Source: an uncultured Candidatus Saccharibacteria bacterium
GTDB taxonomy: Bacteria > Patescibacteriota > Minisyncoccia > Phycocordibacterales > SBAW01
NCBI GenBank assembly: GCA_964349675.1
Contig: CAYGHD010000002.1
Span: forward strand, 4,012 to 68,011
DNA length: 64,000 nucleotides
Reading direction: 5' to 3'
Shown here: piece after piece, positions 53,883 to 63,424 of the stretch
Position numbering within the stretch: the stretch's first letter is position 1
How the letters are laid out: the number at the start of each line of letters is the position of its first letter
The notes under the pieces: generated by a model
Told to the model about the DNA's origin: nothing
Databases searched by the model: none
What the model saw: only the letters and a program-made list of their open reading frames with translations
Position numbers and translations under genes: made by a program

Positions 53883-54931
53883 GCACCTTTTCCGACCGCT
53901 TCGTACCACTTTTTTCAAATGACATCGGTATCGACTTGGGTACCGCCAATACGCTTGTCTATTTGCGCGGCAAGGGGATTGTGGTCAGCGAGCCATCGGT
54001 GGTTGCGGTTAACCAAAAAACCAGTCAGGTTGTGGCGGTTGGTCAGGCAGCAAAAGATATGCTCGGCCGCACCCCGGGGCACCTTATTGCGGTGCGCCCG
54101 CTCGTTGACGGCGTCGTCTCAGACTTTGAAGCAACTGAAGAGATGCTCGCGTATTTAATCAACCGCGCACAAGGCACCTCTCGCAGACTGTTGGGCCCCC
54201 GTGCGGTCATTGGAGTGCCAGCGGGGATTACCAACGTCGAGATGCGCGCGGTAAAAGATGCTGCCCAAAATGCTGGTGCGCGCGAAGTGCATATTGTCGA
54301 GGAACCGGTTGCGGCGGCGCTCGGCGTGCGGCTCCCTATACGCGAGGCGGTCGGAAGTATGATCGTCGATATGGGTGGCGGGACGGTTGATATTGCCGTA
54401 CTCTCGCTTGGCGGGATTGTGCGCGCAAAAAACTTGCGCGTTGCGGGAGACAAACTCAACCAAGACATTATTGCGTATGTGCGCTCTGAGTTTAAAATTT
54501 TAATTGGTGAAAAAACGGCAGAGAACGTAAAAATCGCCATCGGCTCGGTCATCGAAGAGGGGAGTCGTATGGAGTCTGTAGTCCGCGGGCGCGACCTGAT
54601 AACCGGCTTGCCGCGTGAAATTATCTTGACCGACCAAGATGTTCGCGAAGCGATATCGCAATCAATCGATACGTTGGTAGAGTCGGTACGCGAAGTGCTT
54701 GAGACAACGCCGCCGGAGATTCTCTCGGATATTATGCGTTCAGGCATTATGTTGGCTGGAGGAGGCGCGCTGCTCAAGGGGCTTGATCAATTGCTTGCAC
54801 AGTGGCTCAAGGTGCCGGTCTTTGTTGCTGACGATCCGCTAACAGCAGTGGTGCGTGGCACCGGAGTGATTTTAGAGAACATTAATCTGCATAGAGACTT
54901 GCTGCTTGAACATGATGATGACTTCGCGTAA
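53879..54931 (+). CDS. mreB: Rod-shape-determining protein MreB (paralog 2, in mreBCD-mrdA operon)
   Basis: GIDLGTANTLV and DMGGGTVDIAV motifs. Followed by mreC and mreD. Confidence 0.9.
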   Translation: MSTFSDRFVPLFSNDIGIDLGTANTLVYLRGKGIVVSEPSVVAVNQKTSQVVAVGQAAKDMLGRTPGHLIAVRPLVDGVVSDFEATEEMLAYLINRAQGTSRRLLGPRAVIGVPAGITNVEMRAVKDAAQNAGAREVHIVEEPVAAALGVRLPIREAVGSMIVDMGGGTVDIAVLSLGGIVRAKNLRVAGDKLNQDIIAYVRSEFKILIGEKTAENVKIAIGSVIEEGSRMESVVRGRDLITGLPREIILTDQDVREAISQSIDTLVESVREVLETTPPEILSDIMRSGIMLAGGGALLKGLDQLLAQWLKVPVFVADDPLTAVVRGTGVILENINLHRDLLLEHDDDFA

Positions 54932-55673
54932 GTACACACAGCGCAGTGGGTGGCGCGCACGAGCGCTTTCTTCGCTTGCGCCAGCATTGTTATTGTTTTT
55001 AACACTAGTCGCTTTGTTGATGTGGCGCGGTTTTTTTTCTGGTCTGTTGCTGTCGGCTATGGCCCCGGTGCGCTCTCTGCAGGCGGTTTGGTATGGGTCT
55101 GAGGTTGTAGCGCTTAAAGCGGCGCTTGCATCAAGCACGGCACTGCTTGCTGATCGCGAGATATTGTATGCAGAAAATCTAGAGCTCAAAAAGCGTCTCA
55201 ATCGCGACGCCAGTGTCGCGGTGATCCTTGCGGGTGTTGTGTTGCGTCCGCCGGGTGTTCCGTACGACACGTTGGTGGTCGACGCTGGGGCAAGAGAGGG
55301 TGTTGCCGTGGGGGATATGGTTGCTGCGGGCGGCACTGTGCTCATTGGAAGAGTATTTGAAGTCTACGGTACGACCTCCCGGGTGAGGCTTTTTTCGGCG
55401 CCGGGGGAGGTGTATGATGCGCTGCTTAAAACAGCAGATCGCGCAGTGCCGGTGCAGGTAGAGGGGCAAGGCAGCGGCTCGTTGACGACGCAGGTGCCGG
55501 TTGGCGTGTCGGTGGCTGTCGGCGACGCTATTGTTTTTCCAGACAGTACGGGAGGTTATGCAAGCGTGGTGTCTGCAGTAGTGGCAGAGGATGGCGCTTC
55601 ATTTAAAAAAATATATGCACGGCTCCCTGTTGACCCCCTCGAGCTTACGTTTGTTGAAATTTGGAAACACTAG
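54906..55673 (+). CDS. mreC: Rod-shape-determining protein MreC
   Basis: N-terminal TM and coiled coil, then the beta-rich MreC domain. Confidence 0.8.
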   Translation: MNMMMTSRKYTQRSGWRARALSSLAPALLLFLTLVALLMWRGFFSGLLLSAMAPVRSLQAVWYGSEVVALKAALASSTALLADREILYAENLELKKRLNRDASVAVILAGVVLRPPGVPYDTLVVDAGAREGVAVGDMVAAGGTVLIGRVFEVYGTTSRVRLFSAPGEVYDALLKTADRAVPVQVEGQGSGSLTTQVPVGVSVAVGDAIVFPDSTGGYASVVSAVVAEDGASFKKIYARLPVDPLELTFVEIWKH

Positions 55674-55677
55674 CCAT

Positions 55678-55959
55678 ATGATGCGCTCCTCGATACTTCT
55701 TTGGGTTTCGGTGCTCGCGGGAGTAGGGAGTGTTGCTGTCCCTTTTTGGCCGCTTTCGCTTTTGGCGATAGGAAGCGCCGCGCTTGGCAAGCATACTGCC
55801 GTGGCGCTGATGCTCGGTGTTTTTTTTGATGTGCTATATGGCACATCCACCTTCTTTTCTTTTTTGTATATACCCTGCACCGTTTTTGCGCTCAGCAGCA
55901 TTGCGCTGCGGTATGTATTATCAAACATACTCCGCAAACCGCTGACAGATAGGCTATAA
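55678..55959 (+). CDS. mreD: MreD-like membrane protein
   Basis: Small three-TM protein placed between mreC and the PBP2 gene. Confidence 0.5.
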   Translation: MMRSSILLWVSVLAGVGSVAVPFWPLSLLAIGSAALGKHTAVALMLGVFFDVLYGTSTFFSFLYIPCTVFALSSIALRYVLSNILRKPLTDRL

Positions 55960-55967
55960 TCGGGCAC

Positions 55968-57656
55968 ATGTGGTTTAGGAAATACCGGAGAAAAAAACTC
56001 CATACAGAAATCCATCCCGATGAAATTTTGATCGACGCATCAAACGTTGCAGATTTTGACCGTGACCAGTTTGAAGGCAGGCTTGAACGCCCCTTAGGGA
56101 GCCGCACGTTTGTTGTTGCTGGAATTTGTTTGTCGGCATTGTTCGCTCTCTTACTGATGCGAGTGGGCACGCTGCAAATCGTGCAGGGAAAAACATTTGC
56201 AGAGCGCGCCCGCAATAACCAGCTTGCCCAAGATATTGTATTTGCAGACCGCGGTGTCATCGCAGACCGCAACGGCATCCCTCTTGCCTATAACGAGCGT
56301 GATGCGGTCACTGATGATTTTGCCCGCCGCGTGTATGCTGCATACCAGGGACTCGCGCATGTGGTTGGGTATGTAAAGCCGCCAACAAAAGACTCCTCCG
56401 GCGTCTATTTTCGCAGCGTGTTTGAAGGGGTCGAGGGCGCTGAAGAAGTATTTAATTCGGTGCTTATGGGAGAAAACGGGATGAAGCTCACCGAGACCAA
56501 CGTGCGCGGGAAGGTCGTATCTGAAAGTATTGTAGAGCCGGCAAAAATGGGGCAAAAGGTGGTGCTTTCAGTGGATGCGGTAGTAACCCAAGGGCTGTAT
56601 AAGGCAATAGCAGCCCGGGTGGCAGAGTCAAAATTCCAAGGAGGCGCTGGAGTCATTATGGATGTTCACACCGGCGAGATCATTGCGCTCACGAGTTATC
56701 CCGAATTTCCGCAAAACGATTTGCAAAAAGGCGACGCTGCTGTTTTTAAATCGCTCATGGCTGACAGCAGACAGCCTTTTTTGGATAGAGCGGTGGATGG
56801 TTTGTATGCGCCGGGATCCATCGTGAAGCCCATCGTTGCTGCCGCAGCGCTCGCCGAGGGGGTGATATCCGAGCATAAACAAATCCTCTCGACCGGCTCT
56901 ATTAGTATTCCAAACGCCTACGATCCAAAACGTCCGACCGTATTCCGCGACTGGAAGGCGCATGGATGGGTGGATATGCGAGAGGCGATTTCGGTCTCTT
57001 CAGACGTATATTTTTATGCAGTAGGCGGCGGCTATAAAGATCAATTGGGACTTGGGATTGAGCGGTTGGAAAAATATTATCGTCTGTTTGGGTTTGGGCA
57101 AGATGCGGGGCTGGCAGGGTTTAGTGCTAAAACGGGCAACATCCCGACCATTGCATGGAAAGCAAAAACTTTTCCTGAAGACCCAAATTGGCGGGTTGGG
57201 AACACCTACCACACCGCAATTGGACAGTACGGCATGCTCGTAACACCGCTTCAGGCGGTGCGGGCAGCTGCAGCACTCGCAAATAATGGAACATTATTAA
57301 CCCCCTCTATTGTCGCCAGTTCCACACCACAAGGAGCGTCTATCGGGCTCCCCGCGCATGCGCTCCAAGTTGCGCGCGAAGGGATGCGGCAAAGCGTGAC
57401 GAACGGTATTGCGCAGGCAGTTAAGTTTGATTTCGTGCATGTTGCTGCAAAAACCGGCACCGCACAAATTGGGGTGCGCAACGAATATATAAATTCATGG
57501 ATGATCGGATTCTTCCCCTATGAAAACCCTCGCTATGCCTACGCGGTGGTGATGGAACGGGGGCCTGCAGGCACCTTAATGGGCGCGCCTGCGGCAACAG
57601 GACAGTTTTTTATGTGGATGCGTGAGTATGCCCCAGAGTATCTGAAAGGGGAGTAA
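55968..57656 (+). CDS. mrdA: Penicillin-binding protein 2 (peptidoglycan D,D-transpeptidase)
   Basis: N-terminal TM and dimerisation domain, then a transpeptidase domain with SxxK/SxN/KTG motifs. Confidence 0.85.
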   Translation: MWFRKYRRKKLHTEIHPDEILIDASNVADFDRDQFEGRLERPLGSRTFVVAGICLSALFALLLMRVGTLQIVQGKTFAERARNNQLAQDIVFADRGVIADRNGIPLAYNERDAVTDDFARRVYAAYQGLAHVVGYVKPPTKDSSGVYFRSVFEGVEGAEEVFNSVLMGENGMKLTETNVRGKVVSESIVEPAKMGQKVVLSVDAVVTQGLYKAIAARVAESKFQGGAGVIMDVHTGEIIALTSYPEFPQNDLQKGDAAVFKSLMADSRQPFLDRAVDGLYAPGSIVKPIVAAAALAEGVISEHKQILSTGSISIPNAYDPKRPTVFRDWKAHGWVDMREAISVSSDVYFYAVGGGYKDQLGLGIERLEKYYRLFGFGQDAGLAGFSAKTGNIPTIAWKAKTFPEDPNWRVGNTYHTAIGQYGMLVTPLQAVRAAAALANNGTLLTPSIVASSTPQGASIGLPAHALQVAREGMRQSVTNGIAQAVKFDFVHVAAKTGTAQIGVRNEYINSWMIGFFPYENPRYAYAVVMERGPAGTLMGAPAATGQFFMWMREYAPEYLKGE

Positions 57657-57748
57657 GATGGGCTTGCTTTTTTGGACTTTGGACGGTAAGATTATCCCTC
57701 GACGGCCACTCTTACCACTGTTCCCTAACTACTAAAACCTAATTTTAT

Positions 57749-58210
57749 ATGACCGAAGAACTTATTTCGCAAGAAAAATTTGAAGAGCTCACTAAAGAGC
57801 TTGAAGCGCTGCACACAACGCGCCGCAAAGAGGTAGCAGAGCAGCTTGAGTACGCTCGGTCGCTGGGCGATTTGTCGGAAAATGCAGAATACCAAGAGGC
57901 GCGTGAGATGCAGGCTGCGGTAGAAGAGCGCGTCCAAAAACTTGAGGCTATTTTAAAAAATGCAAAAATCGTGCGCGGTATCAAAACCGACTCCGTCAGC
58001 ATGGGGTCAACAGTCACGGTGCAAAATTTAAGCGGGGAGGATAAGCACACCTATATCATCGTCGGTGCAGAAGAGGCAGACATGTTTGCCGGAAAAATCT
58101 CATATCACTCACCTTTGGGTGCTGCACTATTGAATAAAAAGAAAGGGGATGAGTTTTCCTTCCATACTCCAAAAGGTACGCAGAAGTACAAAATTTTAAA
58201 GGTTGAATAG
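57749..58210 (+). CDS. greA: Transcription elongation factor GreA
   Basis: N-terminal coiled coil and C-terminal FKBP-like domain. Confidence 0.9.
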   Translation: MTEELISQEKFEELTKELEALHTTRRKEVAEQLEYARSLGDLSENAEYQEAREMQAAVEERVQKLEAILKNAKIVRGIKTDSVSMGSTVTVQNLSGEDKHTYIIVGAEEADMFAGKISYHSPLGAALLNKKKGDEFSFHTPKGTQKYKILKVE

Positions 58211-58237
58211 TCGGCAGCACAACGGTATGCTGTAGGT

Positions 58238-59818
58238 ATGTTTTGGCTTGACCGAGTATTCGGGCAGATAGAAGTGTCTTTGAAAGATGCTATTGCGTCG
58301 GGAAGGACGCTCGTGGTGCGGGATGAAAAGACCGCCTCTGGCCGCGTGCACGTGGGCTCAATGCGCGCACTTGCGCTGCATGCGGCAATTGCCGAGCGGC
58401 TTGGGGAGGCCGGTATTCCGCATGTATTTAAATACGAGATCAACGACATCGACCCTATGGATGGGTTGCCCGTGTATCTCGACCAGGCAGTACACGAAAA
58501 AGAAATGGGGAAGCCACTGTATACCATTCCATCGCCTGACGGAAAAGCAAAAAACTTCGCAGAGTATTTTGCTGCAGAATATATGGCTGCCATACAAACA
58601 GCCGGATTTACCCCAGAGTTTTATCGCGCAAGCGAGCTCTATCAATCGGGGAAGATGAATGCCGCGATTGAGCTGGCGCTGACGCGTGCTGGGGTTATCC
58701 GCGCTATCTACAAAGAGGTCTCTGGTGCCGAGCGTCCAGATGACTGGTTCCCGCTTTCGGTTATTTGCGAGAAGTGCGGCAAAGTAGGTACCACTAAAGT
58801 ATTTGCATTTGATGGAGAAAAGGTGTCATACCGCTGCGTGCCCAATGCGGTTGCGTGGGCAGTAGGGTGTGGCCATGAGGGGACTGTATCTCCCTATAAT
58901 GGCAATGCAAAACTACCATGGAAGGTTGAATGGCCGGCAAAGTGGTTTGTAGTCGGTGTTGATATTGAAGGCGGCGGCAAAGATCACTATTCAAAAGGAG
59001 GTGCCCGCGATGTTGCGCGGCGTATTGCGCGGGAGGTGTTTGACTACCCAGAGCCCTTTGGCGTCCCTAATGAATTCTTTCTAGTAGGGGGCAAAAAAAT
59101 GTCATCCTCAAAAGGTGCCGGATCTTCTGCGCAAGAAATTGTTGACTTGCTGCCTGCGCACTTGTTCCGGTTGGCACTGTTTGGTAAAGATATCAACCAA
59201 CAGATTAACTTTGATCCGGAAGGAGAGACCATTCCTATACTCTTTGATACGTATGACAAGTTGGCACAAAAGCAATGGGATGGTGTCGTCGACGATGAGA
59301 CACGGTTGTTTGCATATCTCTTTCCCAAAGGGATGCCGTCTCGCCGTTTTTTACCGCGTTTTTCACAAATCGCTTTTATGGTGCAGATGCCGCATATGCA
59401 GCTTGAGGACGAAGTAGCTGCTTTGAAAGGCAGCGCACTGACACCCGAAGACAAAGCAGAGGTTGCAGAGCGTGCGTTGTATGCAAAACGCTGGCTCGAC
59501 CGCTATGCCCCAGAGAAGTTTGTATATAAGCTGCAAGAGTCTTTGCCTGAAGCTGCAAAAAACCTAAGCGACGTGCAAAAAAAGGCACTTGGTATGTTGG
59601 CAGAATATATAGAAGCTTCAGCGGCGATGCCAAACGGAGAAGATCTGCATCATTTTTTGCACGGACTGAAAGATTCAGTGCCTATTGTCCCGAGCGACCT
59701 ATTTAAAGCAATGTATGGGGCATTTTTAGCGAAAGAAAGCGGCCCCAAAGCAGGGTGGTTTTTGTCGAGTTTAGACCGCACTTTCGTACTTACACGTCTC
59801 AAGGAAGTAGCCGAATAA
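58238..59818 (+). CDS. lysK: Lysine--tRNA ligase, class I type
   Basis: HVGS (HIGH-like) and KMSSSKG (KMSKS) class I signatures. 526 aa. Intrinsic terminator at 59840-59868. Confidence 0.85.
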   Translation: MFWLDRVFGQIEVSLKDAIASGRTLVVRDEKTASGRVHVGSMRALALHAAIAERLGEAGIPHVFKYEINDIDPMDGLPVYLDQAVHEKEMGKPLYTIPSPDGKAKNFAEYFAAEYMAAIQTAGFTPEFYRASELYQSGKMNAAIELALTRAGVIRAIYKEVSGAERPDDWFPLSVICEKCGKVGTTKVFAFDGEKVSYRCVPNAVAWAVGCGHEGTVSPYNGNAKLPWKVEWPAKWFVVGVDIEGGGKDHYSKGGARDVARRIAREVFDYPEPFGVPNEFFLVGGKKMSSSKGAGSSAQEIVDLLPAHLFRLALFGKDINQQINFDPEGETIPILFDTYDKLAQKQWDGVVDDETRLFAYLFPKGMPSRRFLPRFSQIAFMVQMPHMQLEDEVAALKGSALTPEDKAEVAERALYAKRWLDRYAPEKFVYKLQESLPEAAKNLSDVQKKALGMLAEYIEASAAMPNGEDLHHFLHGLKDSVPIVPSDLFKAMYGAFLAKESGPKAGWFLSSLDRTFVLTRLKEVAE

Positions 59819-59886
59819 AACCCCTCACCAGGCGCACAAAAGACCCCTTTCGAGGGGTATTTTTTTGTGGATAACATGCGCGCGCT

Positions 59887-59932
59887 GTGGGACAAAGTGT
59901 CATATACTAGTATGTAGTGGGACAAAGTGGGA
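59887..59932 (+). promoter_or_regulatory. MraZ operator-like direct repeats flanking a -10-like palindrome upstream of mraZ
   Basis: GTGGGACAAAGTG occurs twice (59887-59899 and 59917-59929) plus a third TGGGA 10 bp later. The ATACTAGTAT palindrome with a TATACT hexamer lies between the repeats. Confidence 0.5.
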
Positions 59933-59951
59933 TGTCCTCTGAAAAACCCTT

Positions 59952-60386
59952 ATGCTGATTGGCGAATATCTACACACACTTGATAGTAAAAAAAGACTTT
60001 CTTTGCCTGCAAAGTTTCGCAAAGAGGTGGGGAAGAAGGTGGTCATCACTCGGGGGCTCGATGCTTGTCTTTTTATGTTTCCAGAAAAAACATGGAACAG
60101 CATTGCAGAAAAATTGACCAGTTTGCCATTTGGCCAGGCCGATACGCGCGGGATGAGCCGATTTCTTTTGGCGGGTGCGGTCGAGAGTGACGTTGATGGC
60201 GCGGGTCGCATTTTGGTGCCGGATTTTCTTAAAGACTTTGCGGATCTGAAGTCGCGTGTGGTGTTGGCAGGAGTGTCTGACCGTATCGAAATATGGAACG
60301 AAAAGACTTGGGAGGAATATAAGCGCCGTATTGAAAAAAGCGCTGACCAAATGGCAGAAAAATTGGGAGACTTGGGTATTTTGTAA
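59952..60386 (+). CDS. mraZ: Transcriptional regulator MraZ
   Basis: Tandem MraZ (SpoVT/AbrB-like) repeats. Confidence 0.9.
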   Translation: MLIGEYLHTLDSKKRLSLPAKFRKEVGKKVVITRGLDACLFMFPEKTWNSIAEKLTSLPFGQADTRGMSRFLLAGAVESDVDGAGRILVPDFLKDFADLKSRVVLAGVSDRIEIWNEKTWEEYKRRIEKSADQMAEKLGDLGIL

Positions 60387-60392
60387 ACGCTT

Positions 60393-61346
60393 ATGAAAAC
60401 GCAAACGCTACAACGTCCATCTTTAAAAAAAATAGCAAGCGCTGACTATGCGCCGCATGCGAGCGTGTTTGGGGACGAGGTGGTCGAATTACTGCACCCC
60501 ACGGGAGCGGAGCTGTTGTTTGATGCAACGGCAGGGCAGGGCGGGCATAGCTATCTGTTTCTTAAAAAAGCGCCGCACGTGCGTGTTATCGCGGTCGACG
60601 CAGACCCTGTGGCGGTTGTTGCAGCGCAAAAAAAACTTGCACCGTTTAAAAACCGCGCTGTCGTTGTGGAAGCAAATTTTGCGGATACCGAGCAGACACT
60701 GAAGCGTCTTGGTGTGAGTGCGGTAGACAAAGCACTTTTTGATTTGGGCTGGAATTCTGGACAGCTCTCTGGCAAGGGTATGTCTTTTTTGGTCGACGAG
60801 CCGTTGTCTATGAGTTATGGCGCAACCCCTGCTTCTGGGTTTACCGCGAGCGAAATTTTAAATGAGTGGGATGAAGAAACGCTTGCAAATATGCTCTATG
60901 GTTACGGCGAAGAGCGCTATGCGCGCCGTATCGCACACGCAGTGGTGGAACGCCGGGCAATAGAGCCGATACACACCACGCTGGAGTTTGTGGAAATTAT
61001 TCGAGACGCAGTTCCTGCAGCGTATCGCCGGCCAAGCAATCGCATACATTTTGCCACGCGGAGCTTCCAAGCGCTGCGCATGGCAGTGAATGATGAGCTT
61101 GGGGTGATAGGGCGGGGGGTTGCTGGCGTATGGAAGCATCTTTCCTGCGGCGGAAGGGTCGCGGTCATTACCTTCCACAGCATCGAGGATCGTGCGGTGA
61201 AGCGTTTGTTTGTGGAGTTGGCCAAAGGAGAGGGGAAGATTATTACTAAAAAACCGCTTGTGCCGAGTCGTGCAGAAATTATCCGTAACCCACGTGCGCG
61301 CAGTGCAAAACTGCGTGTCATTGAAAAAATATGCAAAAAACAATAA
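60393..61346 (+). CDS. rsmH: 16S rRNA (cytosine1402-N4)-methyltransferase
   Basis: SAM-binding DATAGQGGHS motif and MraW family collinearity. Confidence 0.9.
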   Translation: MKTQTLQRPSLKKIASADYAPHASVFGDEVVELLHPTGAELLFDATAGQGGHSYLFLKKAPHVRVIAVDADPVAVVAAQKKLAPFKNRAVVVEANFADTEQTLKRLGVSAVDKALFDLGWNSGQLSGKGMSFLVDEPLSMSYGATPASGFTASEILNEWDEETLANMLYGYGEERYARRIAHAVVERRAIEPIHTTLEFVEIIRDAVPAAYRRPSNRIHFATRSFQALRMAVNDELGVIGRGVAGVWKHLSCGGRVAVITFHSIEDRAVKRLFVELAKGEGKIITKKPLVPSRAEIIRNPRARSAKLRVIEKICKKQ

Positions 61347-61681
61347 CCGCAGTTGCCGCCTATGACGTATATACACCCCGCGTTGCCGCGGTGCTTGCCG
61401 GAGCATGCGCCTTGTCGGTGTTTTTGTACGGCATCTTTTTGCTTCTGGCGGTGGTGCACACCACAACCCGCACCTCGCTTGAAAAACAGATAACAGCACA
61501 CATGGCAATGCTTGGTGACCTCGAGGCGGAGTATTTGGCACAGACCAAAAATTTTACTCCTGAGCGCGCGCAAGAGCTCGGATTTGCGGCTCCGGTTGCC
61601 GTTACTACCGTATTTGCCGGCGGTTCAGCGGGGGCACTGGCCCAGCAAAACAGAGATACGCTTTCGCTCCGATCTCGATAG
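61331..61681 (+). CDS. ftsL: FtsL-like cell-division membrane protein
   Basis: Small bitopic protein with one TM helix and a coiled-coil segment, between rsmH and ftsI. Confidence 0.5.
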   Translation: MQKTITAVAAYDVYTPRVAAVLAGACALSVFLYGIFLLLAVVHTTTRTSLEKQITAHMAMLGDLEAEYLAQTKNFTPERAQELGFAAPVAVTTVFAGGSAGALAQQNRDTLSLRSR

Positions 61682-61684
61682 TTC

Positions 61685-63397
61685 ATGAATAGGCGCTTTT
61701 TGAGTCGTGTGCGCATTTTGACGCTCTGCTTTATTTTTGCAGCGCTCGTTATTGTTGGCAGATTATACATATTGCAGATTGTTCGCGGAGATACCTACAT
61801 GGCGCGCGCTGACGCGCAATTTTTGCCGCCGCAAAGTCCTTTGGTTGATAGGGGAAATATTTATTTTACTGACAAAAACAACGCGCAGATTACTGCAGCA
61901 ACTTTGAAAACCGGCTGGGGCATTGCCGTTAATCCAACAAAAGTTACCGACCCAAAAGCGCTCTATGTAGCAGTGAAGCCCTACACAACACTCACTGAAG
62001 AAGAGGTGATTGCAAAAGCAACAAAAGAGAAAAGCAAATATCAGTCAATAGTAAAACGAGTCACTGACGATTTGTCTGAAACGCTGATGCCGCAAAAAAT
62101 GGAGGGGCTTATTATCGAACAAGACAGATGGCGCCTGTATCCCGGTGGGTCGTTGGCTGCGCAGACGCTCGGGTTTGTGGCTTTTAAAGGGGGAGATACG
62201 CAAGAGGGTCGCTACGGTTTGGAGCGGCAGTATGAAAAAAATTTGGCTCGCACTGCTCCGGATGCCTATAAAAATTTATTTGTAGAATTGTTTGGAGAGG
62301 TGCAAAACATGCTCTCGGGCGAGCCTCAGCAGGGAGATATTGTAACCACAATAGAGCCTTCAGTGCAGGCAGAGCTTGAGCGGCAGCTCGCGCTCTATGA
62401 CGAGGCATGGAACCCAAAGCTCTCTGGCGGCATCATTATGGACCCGAACACCGGAGAGATTATCGCTATGGCAGTGTCGCCTACGTTTGACCTCAATGCG
62501 TTTAAAGACCAGACCGACCCTTTAATTTATGCAAATCCATTGGTAGAAAATGTATATGAAATGGGTTCTATCATTAAGCCGTTGACGATGGCGGCAGGTA
62601 TCGACGCGGGGGCAGTAAAAGAAGAGACGACCTACAATGACACCGGCTGCATCACATTAGATAAAAAAACTATCTGCAATTTCGACCTTAAAGCGCGGGG
62701 TGTGGTGCCCATGCAAGAGGTGTTGAGTCAGTCGCTCAACCTTGGTGTGTCTTTTGTGGCCACCCGCATGGGCTCAAGCACGATGCGCAGTTACTTTTTA
62801 GATAAATATCACTTTGGGTCAAAAACAGGTATCGACTTGCCTGGCGAAATTCCGGGTATGGTCAAAAACTTACAAAGCGCCCGTCAGGTTGAATATGACA
62901 CTATATCGTATGGCCAAGGAGTTGCTTTGACTCCAATCATAACAATCCGTGCGCTCGCGACGCTGGCAAACGGCGGGTACACCGTTACGCCGCACTTGGT
63001 GCGCAGTATCCGCTATACAACGGGTGCCACAGAAGTTTTGTCCTGGGGTGAAAAAAAACAGGTGCTAAAACCCCAAACAGCAACCGTGGTGAGCCGTATG
63101 CTGACCAAGGTAGTAGACACTGCGCTGGTAAATGGCAAATACAAACTCGAGCATTATAGTGTGGCAGCAAAAACGGGGACGGCGCAGATTGCAGACCCGC
63201 GCGGCGGAGGCTACTATAGTGACAGGTTCCTGCACAGTTTCTTTGGCTACTTCCCGTCCTATAACGCACGCTTCATTGTGTTTTTGTTTGCGGTAGAGCC
63301 GGTGGGTGCGCCCTATGCCTCAACCACGCTGGCACCCCCGTGGCATGCGCTTACTCAATTCCTTATTCGTTACTATGATGTACAACCCGACCGATAA
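61685..63397 (+). CDS. ftsI: Penicillin-binding protein (FtsI/PBP3-like peptidoglycan transpeptidase)
   Basis: N-terminal TM, PBP dimerisation domain and transpeptidase SxxK/SxN/KTG motifs. Confidence 0.8.
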   Translation: MNRRFLSRVRILTLCFIFAALVIVGRLYILQIVRGDTYMARADAQFLPPQSPLVDRGNIYFTDKNNAQITAATLKTGWGIAVNPTKVTDPKALYVAVKPYTTLTEEEVIAKATKEKSKYQSIVKRVTDDLSETLMPQKMEGLIIEQDRWRLYPGGSLAAQTLGFVAFKGGDTQEGRYGLERQYEKNLARTAPDAYKNLFVELFGEVQNMLSGEPQQGDIVTTIEPSVQAELERQLALYDEAWNPKLSGGIIMDPNTGEIIAMAVSPTFDLNAFKDQTDPLIYANPLVENVYEMGSIIKPLTMAAGIDAGAVKEETTYNDTGCITLDKKTICNFDLKARGVVPMQEVLSQSLNLGVSFVATRMGSSTMRSYFLDKYHFGSKTGIDLPGEIPGMVKNLQSARQVEYDTISYGQGVALTPIITIRALATLANGGYTVTPHLVRSIRYTTGATEVLSWGEKKQVLKPQTATVVSRMLTKVVDTALVNGKYKLEHYSVAAKTGTAQIADPRGGGYYSDRFLHSFFGYFPSYNARFIVFLFAVEPVGAPYASTTLAPPWHALTQFLIRYYDVQPDR

Positions 63398-63424
63398 TCA
63401 TTTTTCCGTATGCGTATTTTTTTA

